Positions 1-10,119 of a stretch of DNA of 64,000 bases are shown one piece after another. Numbering within the stretch: the first letter of the stretch is position 1; every line of letters starts with the position of its first letter. The notes beneath the pieces are model-generated. The model was not told the DNA's origin. It ran no database searches and saw only the letters and a list, made by a program, of their open reading frames with translations. A program made the translations under genes and the position numbers. The stretch covers positions 62,001-126,000 of the IMG/VR virus record IMGVR_UViG_3300034117_001582. One strand, given 5' to 3'.

Positions 1-750
1 ATATGCGTGAATAAATGCAACATTTGGTTGTTCTTCCATAGGTATCGACCATCCTGTCTTGTCCCACCAATTACCAATGTCTTTTGAGTCATATTGTGCC
101 CAATCTTCCCAAAACCCACTTGTATACCCAAAAAATTGAAATAAAAATGAAAGTGTCGCATCGCACCACTCAATTGGTCTTGAATCTAACTTATAAATTT
201 CCTCCCAAGGCACCTCATCCAATCTATTATAAATTTCTATAAATTTTTCTCTATTAAATATTGTTCCACCACATGCACCATAACTTTGTAAAGAACCCGA
301 AAGACTCCAACTATGTCTTGAGTCGTCAATAACTCCAAACTTATTTTTTAAATATTCATAAAGTTCTGTGGTATATAACGGACCATTCGCACCTGAGATA
401 TCAAACTTTGGTGGCCTTGTAATTTCAAATCTACACCACACATCATCTTCATAATGAATAATCCAATCAACATCTTTAAGTGTTGTTGTACAGGCATCAT
501 AAATTCTTTTTAACCAATCAAGTTGTCCGTTCTCTTTAACAAACACTCTTCCTGAATGTGGATTGTTAATCCCTTGTTGTTCTATCCAAGTATATTCACA
601 ATTAAATTTTTTTGCAACGGGTTCCAATAATGTTGACCCATCCTCATATAACGCAACGGGAATATTGGGATACACCTTTCTTAATTGTTCTAAGGCCTTA
701 TAACACGCAACTAATTTGTGTCCTGATTGATAAAATGCTCCTATTTTCAT
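1..750 (-). CDS. GT-A fold glycosyltransferase (runs off the window; not in the ORF track)
   Basis: My translation from the ATG at 748-750 (ATGA overlap with the upstream stop) is open to position 1: MKIGAFYQSGHK...VALYEDGS...DWIIHYEDDVW...YGACGGTIFNREKF...WCDATLSFLF. The EDD metal-binding motif and GG-x-x-F motif are typical of GT-A enzymes. Confidence 0.7.
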   Translation of the reverse strand, partial: MKIGAFYQSGHKLVACYKALEQLRKVYPNIPVALYEDGSTLLEPVAKKFNCEYTWIEQQGINNPHSGRVFVKENGQLDWLKRIYDACTTTLKDVDWIIHYEDDVWCRFEITRPPKFDISGANGPLYTTELYEYLKNKFGVIDDSRHSWSLSGSLQSYGACGGTIFNREKFIEIYNRLDEVPWEEIYKLDSRPIEWCDATLSFLFQFFGYTSGFWEDWAQYDSKDIGNWWDKTGWSIPMEEQPNVAFIHAY

Positions 751-1943
751 AATATTGTATCTATTCTTTGTCCCCATTCACCATTTTTATGATTAACCCA
801 ATAAACCCATTTATGTGGTTTTTCATATGATTCTATGGTTATGTGTAATTTATCTTGATGTAACATCAAGTCTTGTCTATGAAGTACAACCCCGTCTTTA
901 TCTTCTATTCCAATATAAATAAAATTAAAATCTTCAGGTTTTGGTATTTCTAAATTATATTCAAACTTTTCTTTTTGTTTTAAATGCCAATCAGATAAAT
1001 CATTAATAGGCGGGTCGATTCCTCTTATCGTGTCCTCGTGTAACCGTCTGTCTTTAAAGTTAATGCCGGCATATATTTCATAATCTCTATGTGTTCTAAC
1101 ATTACCTAAACCATATATCTCAAGGTCAATATTATTATCCTCTTCTTGCAACATATGTCTTAACCTTCTTTTGGATTCGTTATCCATTTCCCACCATTGT
1201 TTTTCAACAACACCTTTGTTTTTGTTTTCATCATTAAAGTCTGTCCAATGTTTTGTCCTACCTTCTCTTGTATATTCATGCCAAACAACAGTCTTATGTG
1301 GGTGGAATAAATCATATCCTAATGTAAATGAACGAATGGATAAACTAATTTCATCACCAGCAAAATAGATATTCGGATCGTACTTATATTCTTCACAATG
1401 CTTTCCTATTGTAAAAAAGAAGTGTCCACTAACAAATCTTGCAGGTATTGGTTTATCTAAGGTTTCCCAACCTGAAATAGAGTGAGGCCTAAAAAGTATT
1501 GTTCCTCCTGGTGTAAAATTTGACGCAACCATCTTATATGGTTCAGTGTTTAACAACTCATTTGTACTTGGTCTGTACATACCAGCATATGACGTGATGA
1601 TTGGTTTTTCAGAACCGGTTTGTTTCATCATTTCAATTAATTCAACATCCCAATCTTGTAAAAATCTGTGGTGTGAGTCTAATTGTAATGTGTATTCTTC
1701 ATTATCCCATAATTTTTGAATCTCACTACGAGCCCAACAAAGACCTTTACTTAATGACCAATGATAATCTAAAATTTTAAATCTTGGGTCATTTACAAAT
1801 TCTTCCATTGATTCAGTTTCGTCATGTTGCCAACAAATTCCAAATGTTAAATTTTCGGGGTGTTTTGCATTATTAATGCAATCTCTAATAGTCGGTAAAA
1901 GTTCGGGGTCTCGATAAGACGCTATTTGAACAAATATTTTCAT
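747..1943 (-). CDS. GT60-like (Pfam 'GlcNAc', Skp1/polypeptide GlcNAc-transferase family) glycosyltransferase
   Basis: Motifs IFVQIASYRDPEL, GLCWARS, LQLDSHHRF (DSH), FVSGHFFF, YDP.IYF.GDE and VWHEY. Confidence 0.85.
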   Translation of the reverse strand: MKIFVQIASYRDPELLPTIRDCINNAKHPENLTFGICWQHDETESMEEFVNDPRFKILDYHWSLSKGLCWARSEIQKLWDNEEYTLQLDSHHRFLQDWDVELIEMMKQTGSEKPIITSYAGMYRPSTNELLNTEPYKMVASNFTPGGTILFRPHSISGWETLDKPIPARFVSGHFFFTIGKHCEEYKYDPNIYFAGDEISLSIRSFTLGYDLFHPHKTVVWHEYTREGRTKHWTDFNDENKNKGVVEKQWWEMDNESKRRLRHMLQEEDNNIDLEIYGLGNVRTHRDYEIYAGINFKDRRLHEDTIRGIDPPINDLSDWHLKQKEKFEYNLEIPKPEDFNFIYIGIEDKDGVVLHRQDLMLHQDKLHITIESYEKPHKWVYWVNHKNGEWGQRIDTIL

Positions 1944-1993
1944 AAAGGGTTTTCTTTATGATAAGTTTTAACGATAAAAAAACAATAGTAAAT

Positions 1994-2506
1994 CTAACAA
2001 GTTGGGCAGATACTCAATAGTGTTACGGTACCATAAGTCACACTACTTGTTGTTGGTGTAGTAGACGAACATATACTAAAATTTCCATTACTTAATCCGT
2101 ATGGTGATATGTTTATTTCACCACAACAAGGAGTAAAAGTAACTTCGATTATTCCGTCACCAATATTACCGACCCTATAATAAAGACAAGTAGGTGGTTT
2201 AAATGTTGGAGTAGGAGTCGGTGTCGGTGTAGGGGTTGGTGTCGGTGTCGGTGTAGGGGTTGGTGTCGGTGTAGGTGTTGGTGTCGGTGTGCAGGGTTGT
2301 GGGTCAACAAAAACACAACCAGTTCCATCTATAATTTTTATTTGTAGTAATTCTAAATTTGGAAAATAATTATCACTATCTATCTGTACGGTTGGTGGTA
2401 TCGATGTAACCCCTGAAACATAAAAACAAGAAGTTAAAGTCCAATCACATAAGAATATGTCGTATGGGCTTGTACCGCTAGTTACTCCTGTAATATCTAT
2501 TATCAT
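1994..2506 (-). CDS. small Cys-rich virion-associated protein with a (TP)14 linker
   Basis: N-terminal GTSPY...IKIIDGTGC module (SprB-like), then a TP repeat, then a C-terminal Cys module. The ATG at 2504-2506 overlaps the upstream TGA. Confidence 0.6.
   Translation of the reverse strand: MIIDITGVTSGTSPYDIFLCDWTLTSCFYVSGVTSIPPTVQIDSDNYFPNLELLQIKIIDGTGCVFVDPQPCTPTPTPTPTPTPTPTPTPTPTPTPTPTPTFKPPTCLYYRVGNIGDGIIEVTFTPCCGEINISPYGLSNGNFSICSSTTPTTSSVTYGTVTLLSICPTC
2204..2290 (-). repeat. coding hexamer tandem repeat encoding (Thr-Pro)14-Thr
   Basis: 29 codons alternate ACN/CCN, including an exact 24-nt duplication (2217-2240 = 2241-2264). Confidence 0.95.
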
Positions 2507-2790
2507 AACCAAACTAATGTATCTCCACTTTCCGTGGTTATTATTAACGAGTTTTCCGTTATTATGAAGAACGTATCAAATGGACAATAAACCATTTTAA
2601 AAGTGAAACAACCCGTACTATCAACTATTTTGATTAGTAATGTCTGAGCAGTAGAAAAGAAAGTATTAAGAGTAAATGTTCCGCCGGTAGGTCCCAATAA
2701 AAAACAATTATTCATGTATTCGTCACACACATAAAATTGATAGGGAGGTGTTCCTCCTGTCTGTCCCGATATTATTAGTTGATGGGCCAT
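2503..2790 (-). CDS. small protein paralogous to the N-terminus of the TP-repeat protein
   Basis: GGTPPYQFYVCD..NNCF...LLIKIVDSTGC aligns with SGTSPYDIFLCD..TSCF...LQIKIIDGTGC. It ends in an ITE-x5-TESG motif and starts at a TAATG overlap at 2790. Confidence 0.65.
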   Translation of the reverse strand: MAHQLIISGQTGGTPPYQFYVCDEYMNNCFLLGPTGGTFTLNTFFSTAQTLLIKIVDSTGCFTFKMVYCPFDTFFIITENSLIITTESGDTLVWL

Positions 2791-5099
2791 TATGGTGTTC
2801 CACAAACAACATCATAAACAATACTTAACCCTAATGAAAAATCCGCGTCAGATAAAGGGTCACTATCACCACTACATTTTGACGTAATAGTTAAAGTATT
2901 GTCTAATAAGTTTATTTCGTAACTACCTATTTCAGTTATTCCCGAAAGAATACCATCAATTGTTGACTGCCAAACAGTATCTTGTGGTACATCATTTAAT
3001 GTTGTTGCAGTATAAAACGTTTCAGTAAAGGCAGAAGTAAACGCAGAACCACTAATTGTTAAATTACAAGTTAATACCGCAGAGTTAAAAACACAATCAG
3101 TATAACCTGAGGTAATATCAATAAACCCTTCATTTAACATTTCACTTAAACCTCTTTGGTTACCTGAAGTGGTTATAAATGTGTTTTTACAAAGTGTATA
3201 TAATTGGTACGATACAACATTTGTACCTATACATGTTATTGTTGCATATTGTGTATTTGTACATCCTGATGAATCTGTAGTGATAACAGAATACGTGTCG
3301 GCAGATAAATTAGTTGCCGTAGCCCCCGTTTGTCCATCTGACCAAAGATAAGTAAATGTTGGTTCACCATCATAAATTACAACGGTAGCAGTGCCATCAT
3401 TACTTCCCGTACAGTTTGTTGTTGAAATAGCAGTTTGTAATGACCCACCGGTGCTAATGGTAAACCCTGTACTAACCGCACATCCATCATAATCTGTTAC
3501 GGTTATAGTATATGAACCTGCAGGTAAATTATTATAAGTTATCGCACTTAAAGGAGTATCAATAATAGTATTACCATTACTTAAAACAAAATCTAAAGGT
3601 GATGTAAATCCGGTAGACACATTAATAATAGCAATACCATTTGATTGACTACAGGTTGACCCCGTTGTTGTCGCACTTACAGAGAATTTACTATTAGATG
3701 TTACGTTTAAAGTTGTTGAATAAACACAATCACTACCACTACCTGATATTACCAATAAGTAATTATCATTAGGTAAGTTTGTAAAATTATAATTTTGGTT
3801 TTGTGAAACGTTTCCATATACGGTACCACTAGATTGCCCTGAAAGACTATAAACATAAAACCCTCCAACACCGGCAATAGTCACATCAACCGCACCATTA
3901 TTTAAACTACAATTTGAGTTTGTTATAGTGGTCCCAACAACACTAAACCCATTAACACTAGTAACATAACCATTTAACGTGGTTTGACAGAAATTTGCAT
4001 CCCTAACCAAAACGGTATAGTTTCCAGTGGATAAATTACTAATTGTAAAGGTGTCAGATAAAGTATAACCAACCTCACCTGTAGAAGCCGAATAATAAAA
4101 TGGTACGGTACCCCCTGAAACGGTAAATGTAAGTGAACCATCAGAAGAAAAACACGTAGGATTTACTGCCGTTAAGTTTGCTAAACTAATTGGATCAGCA
4201 ACACCAATAACATCTGATTTAGTTGTTGAACATCCTAAACTATCTGTAACTGTACAAGAATAGGTTCCTTGAGTTAATCCTGTTATGATTTGACCCGTTC
4301 CACCATTACTCCAAAGATATGTATAAGGTCCCGTACCTGTTAATCCCGTTACCGCCAATTTACCGGTTGTTATTACACAATTAGAGGTATTAACCTTCCA
4401 AAAACCAAAATCAACGGCAGTACTTGCACTTATAACCGCATTTTCTGTATTTGCGCCTGTCGAGCCATAATCATATACCGTGGCATAATATATACCAACA
4501 CCAAGCCCATTAAAATTATATGGTAACGTTGAGGTTGTTTGAACATCATATATGACGTTATCTTTATAAAGTAATATATTATACGGCGAACCTGTAGTTG
4601 TCGCGGTGACTTGTAAAAAACCATTATCTAAACCACAAGTAGTACCGCTAGCATTTATAATATTAGCCTCAAAACAAGACGTAATACCGACATTTATATA
4701 TAGTTCGTCGTTTTGAAGACCCAAGGTATCGTTAAGTCTAAACACATATGTACCACCGGTTAATCCGGTAAAAGTCATAGTAGTTGAGCTTGTTTGTGCG
4801 GTTAAGGTACCAGGAATTATACTATCAATAGTATAAGGTGGAACACCACCAAAAGGGGTTATCGCAACATTACCTGTAATAGAGTCACATACTCCAGCCA
4901 CAGAAAACGAATAACTTAAACTACCTTGTATACAGTTTTGCGAACAAGTCTGACCGGTAGCGATATAAACACCATATGATGTTCCACTATAAGATTCATC
5001 CAAACAAATACTAACACCTAAAGATGCTCCCGCCTGTAGTAAACCACAACAGTCAACATAACTATATACACCATTAGTTAATCCCGATACACAAGCCAT
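2790..5099 (-). CDS. SprB-repeat protein, putative fibre/adhesin
   Basis: About 7 repeats of C-x3-[ND]G...G..PY.Y.W...[NG]L..G.Y..TVTD..GC; no signal peptide is visible. Confidence 0.8.
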   Translation of the reverse strand: MACVSGLTNGVYSYVDCCGLLQAGASLGVSICLDESYSGTSYGVYIATGQTCSQNCIQGSLSYSFSVAGVCDSITGNVAITPFGGVPPYTIDSIIPGTLTAQTSSTTMTFTGLTGGTYVFRLNDTLGLQNDELYINVGITSCFEANIINASGTTCGLDNGFLQVTATTTGSPYNILLYKDNVIYDVQTTSTLPYNFNGLGVGIYYATVYDYGSTGANTENAVISASTAVDFGFWKVNTSNCVITTGKLAVTGLTGTGPYTYLWSNGGTGQIITGLTQGTYSCTVTDSLGCSTTKSDVIGVADPISLANLTAVNPTCFSSDGSLTFTVSGGTVPFYYSASTGEVGYTLSDTFTISNLSTGNYTVLVRDANFCQTTLNGYVTSVNGFSVVGTTITNSNCSLNNGAVDVTIAGVGGFYVYSLSGQSSGTVYGNVSQNQNYNFTNLPNDNYLLVISGSGSDCVYSTTLNVTSNSKFSVSATTTGSTCSQSNGIAIINVSTGFTSPLDFVLSNGNTIIDTPLSAITYNNLPAGSYTITVTDYDGCAVSTGFTISTGGSLQTAISTTNCTGSNDGTATVVIYDGEPTFTYLWSDGQTGATATNLSADTYSVITTDSSGCTNTQYATITCIGTNVVSYQLYTLCKNTFITTSGNQRGLSEMLNEGFIDITSGYTDCVFNSAVLTCNLTISGSAFTSAFTETFYTATTLNDVPQDTVWQSTIDGILSGITEIGSYEINLLDNTLTITSKCSGDSDPLSDADFSLGLSIVYDVVCGTP

Positions 5100-8035
5100 T
5101 AGTTACAATTAATTTCAATGTTTATTCCAATATTTAACGACAAAGTACTATTTGTAAAGTCATCATAACAAGTTGAGTTACTAACAACTAATGTATTACC
5201 AGCAAAATAATAATTAAGACCGTGTTGATATAATGTTTCCAACTTTAGGTCTATCGCATCTAAAACTTGTGTCTGTGTTGGCACATCACCTAACCCATAC
5301 CCTGTGTAGAATTGTTCTTGAACCAAAACATTATTATCTAATCTACAGTCAATATACCAATCTGAAACAATACTATTTAAATCACATTGACTTTGTGAAT
5401 AACCACTATAACTCAATAAATCGCCTAATAAAAGTTGTAACATTTGTGAAGGTTCTCCTTGTAAATTACATTTTAAAGTTTGGTCGATGCAATCATAAGC
5501 AAATGGTTGTCCATTATATTTACAAGGGATACAAAGCACAGGAATAAATTGACATCCTCTTTGTCTTCTCCATACAAATTTTTGTCTGTGGAAAATTGTA
5601 TTTTCCATTTTTTGACCTGTCAGCCACAAAGTAGTACCAGGAACAACTTGTTCCAATAATCTTTGCCAATAATCACCAATACCTAAGGTATAGTCTATCA
5701 TTTTTTGATATGTGTACTTATTTGAAGGTATACCTACAGTTTGCTCTGATTCAAGGTATCTCCAAAATATCGATTGTAAGGTTGGATAACCACCCGTTTT
5801 ACCATCAAATATTGTTTGTCTATTTCTTACATTAATAAAATTATTATAGAAATCTTGCGCAAATTCAAAGAATGTCTTCTCATTTGGTTTTGGATTAATA
5901 TATGTCCAATCAACATTACCAGGGTAAGGATATGGAGCAGTCATACCAGAATTAGGTATTGGGTAATTATACTTAACCGACATATCCCATATGTCGTAAG
6001 TAATCCCCTGACCCATATTTGTGTATAACTCAATATTTTTAGAGTTAATAACTAATTTATCATCATTAACTTTATAATTAACACCATTTGTATTTGCACC
6101 ATCTCTTCTAATTCCAGTATCAGTAACCGCCCAAGATTTTTGATTATCAGAGACCTTAGTTAAAGTATATCCAACCCCCATATTAGGGAATTGTCTAAAC
6201 TTATCCATATATTCTTGTCCAAAAGTAAAAGGGTTTAAAGTGGTAACTAAGAATGGGTTTGATGGGTTAAAAGACGAGTTTGACGGGTCAGAAACTTCAG
6301 GAGACCTATGTTGTGGGCTCTTTTCAAACCAACCAGCACCTTTTTGGAAAAAGTCAGTTTCAGTTGCTTGCGGACTACTTGGATATCCGTCACTATCAAT
6401 TCCATAATCAACTGAAGTATTATTAACGGGCCTAATGAAACCACTTGTGGTATAACCAGTATACGTTACCCCTTGAATACTAAAAGTGTTGTTAGGGTCA
6501 AATGTTGGTTGTTCAACGTATTGAGTTCCTCCTGAAATTCTAGCGTATTGTTGGTCAAACTTATTAACATTAATTTTAGTATCGGCAATATAGATAACCT
6601 CATTAAACTCTAAAAGAGCCTCAGGAGCACCAACAAATCTCATAATATATTCTAAAGATTTTCTTGTTCCTTTACTTTTGAACATATAAGCGGCATTCAA
6701 GATAAGGTTCCTATAGTATTGATAATTTAACTCTGTCGGCGTTTGACTTTGAGCTTGTCCAGTAAATATTTGTTTTGGTTTTGTATTAAATACGGATTCT
6801 AAAAACCCTTCGTTGGTTATTGGTGATATATCAGTATTTATCCCTAATGTTGATGCTAAGTTTGTTAATAATTGTGATGGTATATCGTTACCAACTTGAT
6901 AATTAACTGAATTCATGTAAGCCAATGAGTCAATGAACTTTCTAACCTCATCAAAACTTCTACCATAAATTTGTAATACCTTTTCTATTTTTTGGTCAGA
7001 TGTGTCAAACTCTTTAATCGACCCTGTGATTAAAAACCTACTAATTAGGTTTGTTTTATACTCATCTAATTTTTCAGCAATAAATTGTAATTCATTTAAA
7101 TACTCACTAAATTTATTACTACTAATATCAATATTCCAAACTCGGTTTAAAGGCCAAGTTAAATTTTTAACGTACATAGTATATTTACCATCCGCATCGT
7201 AATCAGGATATTTGAAAGTTGATGTGTATTTTGGAAATGAAGTCCTGCTAATTAAAAAGTCCTCAACCTCATCAAAGTTTTCATCAAATATTTGTTGGGT
7301 TATTGTGGTGTTTGGTTTTATTATTAAGGTACTTGTAGTTGCACTTGCCCCACTAAACGGGTCACCCATTACAGTAACAGTAACCGTTCCACCAGACATA
7401 TTTAATGTTGGCGTAAAATCCGTAAATTTATATTCTGTTTGTAAATCTTCAAAGTATAACGCATAACTTTCAAAGTTAGGGGTTAACGCCCTAATCTGAC
7501 TTATTGGGTAAGGCTTAACCTCAATGTTTCTTTTAGCGTTTATTGAAAAATCAACATCAAACGGATTTCTAAATAATGAAGTATCCATGTCGAATGTTGT
7601 CTCATCATCTTTAGAATCATAAACAATATTTTCAGCAGTATTACCATAAAATAATCCTGATTGTTGTCTACTAAAAACTTCAATTGCCGCTGGAAAATTA
7701 TTAATGATTTTAATTGCCGATGTGGATATTCTTTTTGAAAGTGAACCATATAAAGAAAAACTCGTGATTTCCGATATGTCAAAGTTTGGATATACTTTAA
7801 AATTCTTTTCTATTATTCTTTTTGCCTGTTGTATGTCATCTATTTTAAGATTTTCCAAAGTATAAGCATCTGAAAATATGCCGGTATCAAACTTTCTATT
7901 TGCCTTTTCATATATCGCAGTAGTGAATTGGAAATTACCCTGCGTAAGTCCCCCACCGTCGGTTATTTGTAAACCGACCAAGTTGTCAGAAAAAGTCTTG
8001 ACACCACCAGGAGGAAAAAATATTTTATTAGCCAT
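5099..8035 (-). CDS. baseplate wedge protein (P2 gpI / T4 gp7-like)
   Basis: IPSQLLTNLASTLG and YYRNLILNAAYMFKSKGTRKSLE match the KGT signature of gpI-like proteins; the gene lies in the baseplate block. Confidence 0.6.
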   Translation of the reverse strand: MANKIFFPPGGVKTFSDNLVGLQITDGGGLTQGNFQFTTAIYEKANRKFDTGIFSDAYTLENLKIDDIQQAKRIIEKNFKVYPNFDISEITSFSLYGSLSKRISTSAIKIINNFPAAIEVFSRQQSGLFYGNTAENIVYDSKDDETTFDMDTSLFRNPFDVDFSINAKRNIEVKPYPISQIRALTPNFESYALYFEDLQTEYKFTDFTPTLNMSGGTVTVTVMGDPFSGASATTSTLIIKPNTTITQQIFDENFDEVEDFLISRTSFPKYTSTFKYPDYDADGKYTMYVKNLTWPLNRVWNIDISSNKFSEYLNELQFIAEKLDEYKTNLISRFLITGSIKEFDTSDQKIEKVLQIYGRSFDEVRKFIDSLAYMNSVNYQVGNDIPSQLLTNLASTLGINTDISPITNEGFLESVFNTKPKQIFTGQAQSQTPTELNYQYYRNLILNAAYMFKSKGTRKSLEYIMRFVGAPEALLEFNEVIYIADTKINVNKFDQQYARISGGTQYVEQPTFDPNNTFSIQGVTYTGYTTSGFIRPVNNTSVDYGIDSDGYPSSPQATETDFFQKGAGWFEKSPQHRSPEVSDPSNSSFNPSNPFLVTTLNPFTFGQEYMDKFRQFPNMGVGYTLTKVSDNQKSWAVTDTGIRRDGANTNGVNYKVNDDKLVINSKNIELYTNMGQGITYDIWDMSVKYNYPIPNSGMTAPYPYPGNVDWTYINPKPNEKTFFEFAQDFYNNFINVRNRQTIFDGKTGGYPTLQSIFWRYLESEQTVGIPSNKYTYQKMIDYTLGIGDYWQRLLEQVVPGTTLWLTGQKMENTIFHRQKFVWRRQRGCQFIPVLCIPCKYNGQPFAYDCIDQTLKCNLQGEPSQMLQLLLGDLLSYSGYSQSQCDLNSIVSDWYIDCRLDNNVLVQEQFYTGYGLGDVPTQTQVLDAIDLKLETLYQHGLNYYFAGNTLVVSNSTCYDDFTNSTLSLNIGINIEINCN

Positions 8036-8943
8036 TAAGTAATAATATTTGTGAAGTTTTTACTAAAGTCTATGTTATTACCCCTATCCTGTCTAACCTC
8101 ATATAATAATTCATTAAAGTTATCTCTAACCTCAAACAAGTTGTATTGTTTATAGATATTACCACCACTATCATATAATGTGTAAATACCATCTTCAACA
8201 CTCTTAGTTTGATTACCATAAAGAGCTATTGCTATTGTATCTAAATCGTAATCAGCCATTTGTATATCAATAGTGATTGGATTAAAGAATGTGTTTGTAA
8301 CTATAATGTTTTGGTTTGGTTGACCAATAAAAGGAGTTGCGTTTGGTTTGTTTGTTGGTGAAGATGATGGCGATAAAGTACAAAATATTAAATCACTTCC
8401 ACCCTCAACATATCTATATCTAATGTTTTTTTGTGATGAGTTAACTTGTTCCGTAACTACAGGTTCACAAAAGAACGAAGAGGTTACAATTCTATAAAAG
8501 TTAGGGATTTTGGTCCCATCTTGATTTAAATATTCAACCCTAAAACCCACTAGCCCTTGATTTGTAAATTTGTTTCTAAAAATTGAAGGGACACTATTAA
8601 TATTAATAACAATACCTTTAACATTTGGTAATGCCGATAAAACACCACAATCAGAAATTGTTGTTCTAATTTCAGCAGGTCGTAAATATACCGTGTAAAT
8701 TCCTTTTTTATTAAACTCAGATGCTGGTAACTTTAAATTGTAAAGACCACCTAATATTTCAACATTCGCATTTCCTCCCGTATCCGCATTATGAAAATAA
8801 GGTGTTAGAATACTCCTTGCGTTTAATTTTTTTAATAGGTAATTATCAGTCACATCTCTTGACGCAGTATAATGTAATATTACATCAACATCATCTGGCG
8901 ATACATCTGCGGGTCTAACAATTCCATAGGTTCCAAGTGCCAT
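8035..8943 (-). CDS. conserved hypothetical structural protein
   Basis: 302-aa ORF translationally coupled to the next gene and preceded by TATTTAT. Confidence 0.55.
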   Translation of the reverse strand: MALGTYGIVRPADVSPDDVDVILHYTASRDVTDNYLLKKLNARSILTPYFHNADTGGNANVEILGGLYNLKLPASEFNKKGIYTVYLRPAEIRTTISDCGVLSALPNVKGIVININSVPSIFRNKFTNQGLVGFRVEYLNQDGTKIPNFYRIVTSSFFCEPVVTEQVNSSQKNIRYRYVEGGSDLIFCTLSPSSSPTNKPNATPFIGQPNQNIIVTNTFFNPITIDIQMADYDLDTIAIALYGNQTKSVEDGIYTLYDSGGNIYKQYNLFEVRDNFNELLYEVRQDRGNNIDFSKNFTNIIT

Positions 8944-8976
8944 TTTTTTTATTTAATAAATAGTTTATATTGTTTT

Positions 8977-10119
8977 TTATGCATTGTTAATTTTGAAGAA
9001 CCCATACCCGTATCTTACCATATCACCAATATTGTCCACCTCTCCAAGTCTTTGTAACGATTCAAATGCCGAGTATTTACCTCTTTCAACGTATATGTCC
9101 GTTTGTATTTCAGGAGCCATTACAAAGTCTAATAGATACTCGTTTTTTGTTATTGCCGAAGCAACAATATCATTTGCGGTTAAACCACTACTATTAACAA
9201 CATACAAAGTTTTTCCATTAATTAAATCGTAGTAGTCAACATTATTAATAGTATACCCTGTAACATCAGCAGTTATTGAGTTAACTTGACCAAATACTTG
9301 GTTGTTCTTATTAAAGACATACCCAACGGTATATGGAATCGATCCCCACCTTTTAAGGTCAATTAATTTAGAATTTGTAAACCCAGATATCGGAAATGGT
9401 ATTGTTGTCCAGTTACTTGAAATCTGATAAGGTATCGTATTATTTGAATCTAAAGGATAGATGTAATCATAAGATAATGGTATATTTGCCCAATTACCTT
9501 GTTGTGGCACAAACACAATATTACCATTTGGATTAGATATGGTTACCGATTGTAATGGTATTGTTATTGGTTTTTCAATAATCGTAACCCCCCATGGATT
9601 TGACCCCGAAAGAGTTATAGTATAATCGTTATTCGCTAAGTATGTATGTGTAAGCGAACTTGATGTTAATTGTTGTGTTGGTGAATTATCCCCCCAATCA
9701 ACATAGAAAGTCGTAAAATCTAAATAACTAACCGTATAATCTCCCGATGTGTTATACAACGTTACCGAATTTAAGTTACTCGTGCTATTACCAGAATATA
9801 AAAAGTTTGTTACGATGTCTTTTTGAACCATTAACCCATCAAATTCAGAATAGAATCCAATATCATTATATGTTTGAGTAAAAAGAATTGGCATTGTTAA
9901 TCCTGTCAGTAAAGAATCCCCATTTGTTCCTCCACTTAAAATATAAGACATTCCAGAATATACAAAGATACTTTGTGTGTTCTGAATTGCGGTAGTCGCA
10001 CTTGTAATACATTCGTCTTGACCTAATTCATAAGTTGTCGATGCCGTATATATTAAATTAATAAGGTCGGAAGATAATACTTCAGGCGAGATTAATACAC
10101 TAAATTTTTCAGACTCCAT
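8977..10119 (-). CDS. PKD-like domain structural protein
   Basis: FYVDWGDNSP...THTY...YTITLSG is a PKD-type signature. Confidence 0.6.
   Translation of the reverse strand: MESEKFSVLISPEVLSSDLINLIYTASTTYELGQDECITSATTAIQNTQSIFVYSGMSYILSGGTNGDSLLTGLTMPILFTQTYNDIGFYSEFDGLMVQKDIVTNFLYSGNSTSNLNSVTLYNTSGDYTVSYLDFTTFYVDWGDNSPTQQLTSSSLTHTYLANNDYTITLSGSNPWGVTIIEKPITIPLQSVTISNPNGNIVFVPQQGNWANIPLSYDYIYPLDSNNTIPYQISSNWTTIPFPISGFTNSKLIDLKRWGSIPYTVGYVFNKNNQVFGQVNSITADVTGYTINNVDYYDLINGKTLYVVNSSGLTANDIVASAITKNEYLLDFVMAPEIQTDIYVERGKYSAFESLQRLGEVDNIGDMVRYGYGFFKINNA

Noticed and set aside
2204-2290. GT-rich tandem repeat as a CRISPR array or non-coding satellite
   Set aside because: There are no spacers, and variation is confined to third codon positions of an in-frame (TP)n tract.
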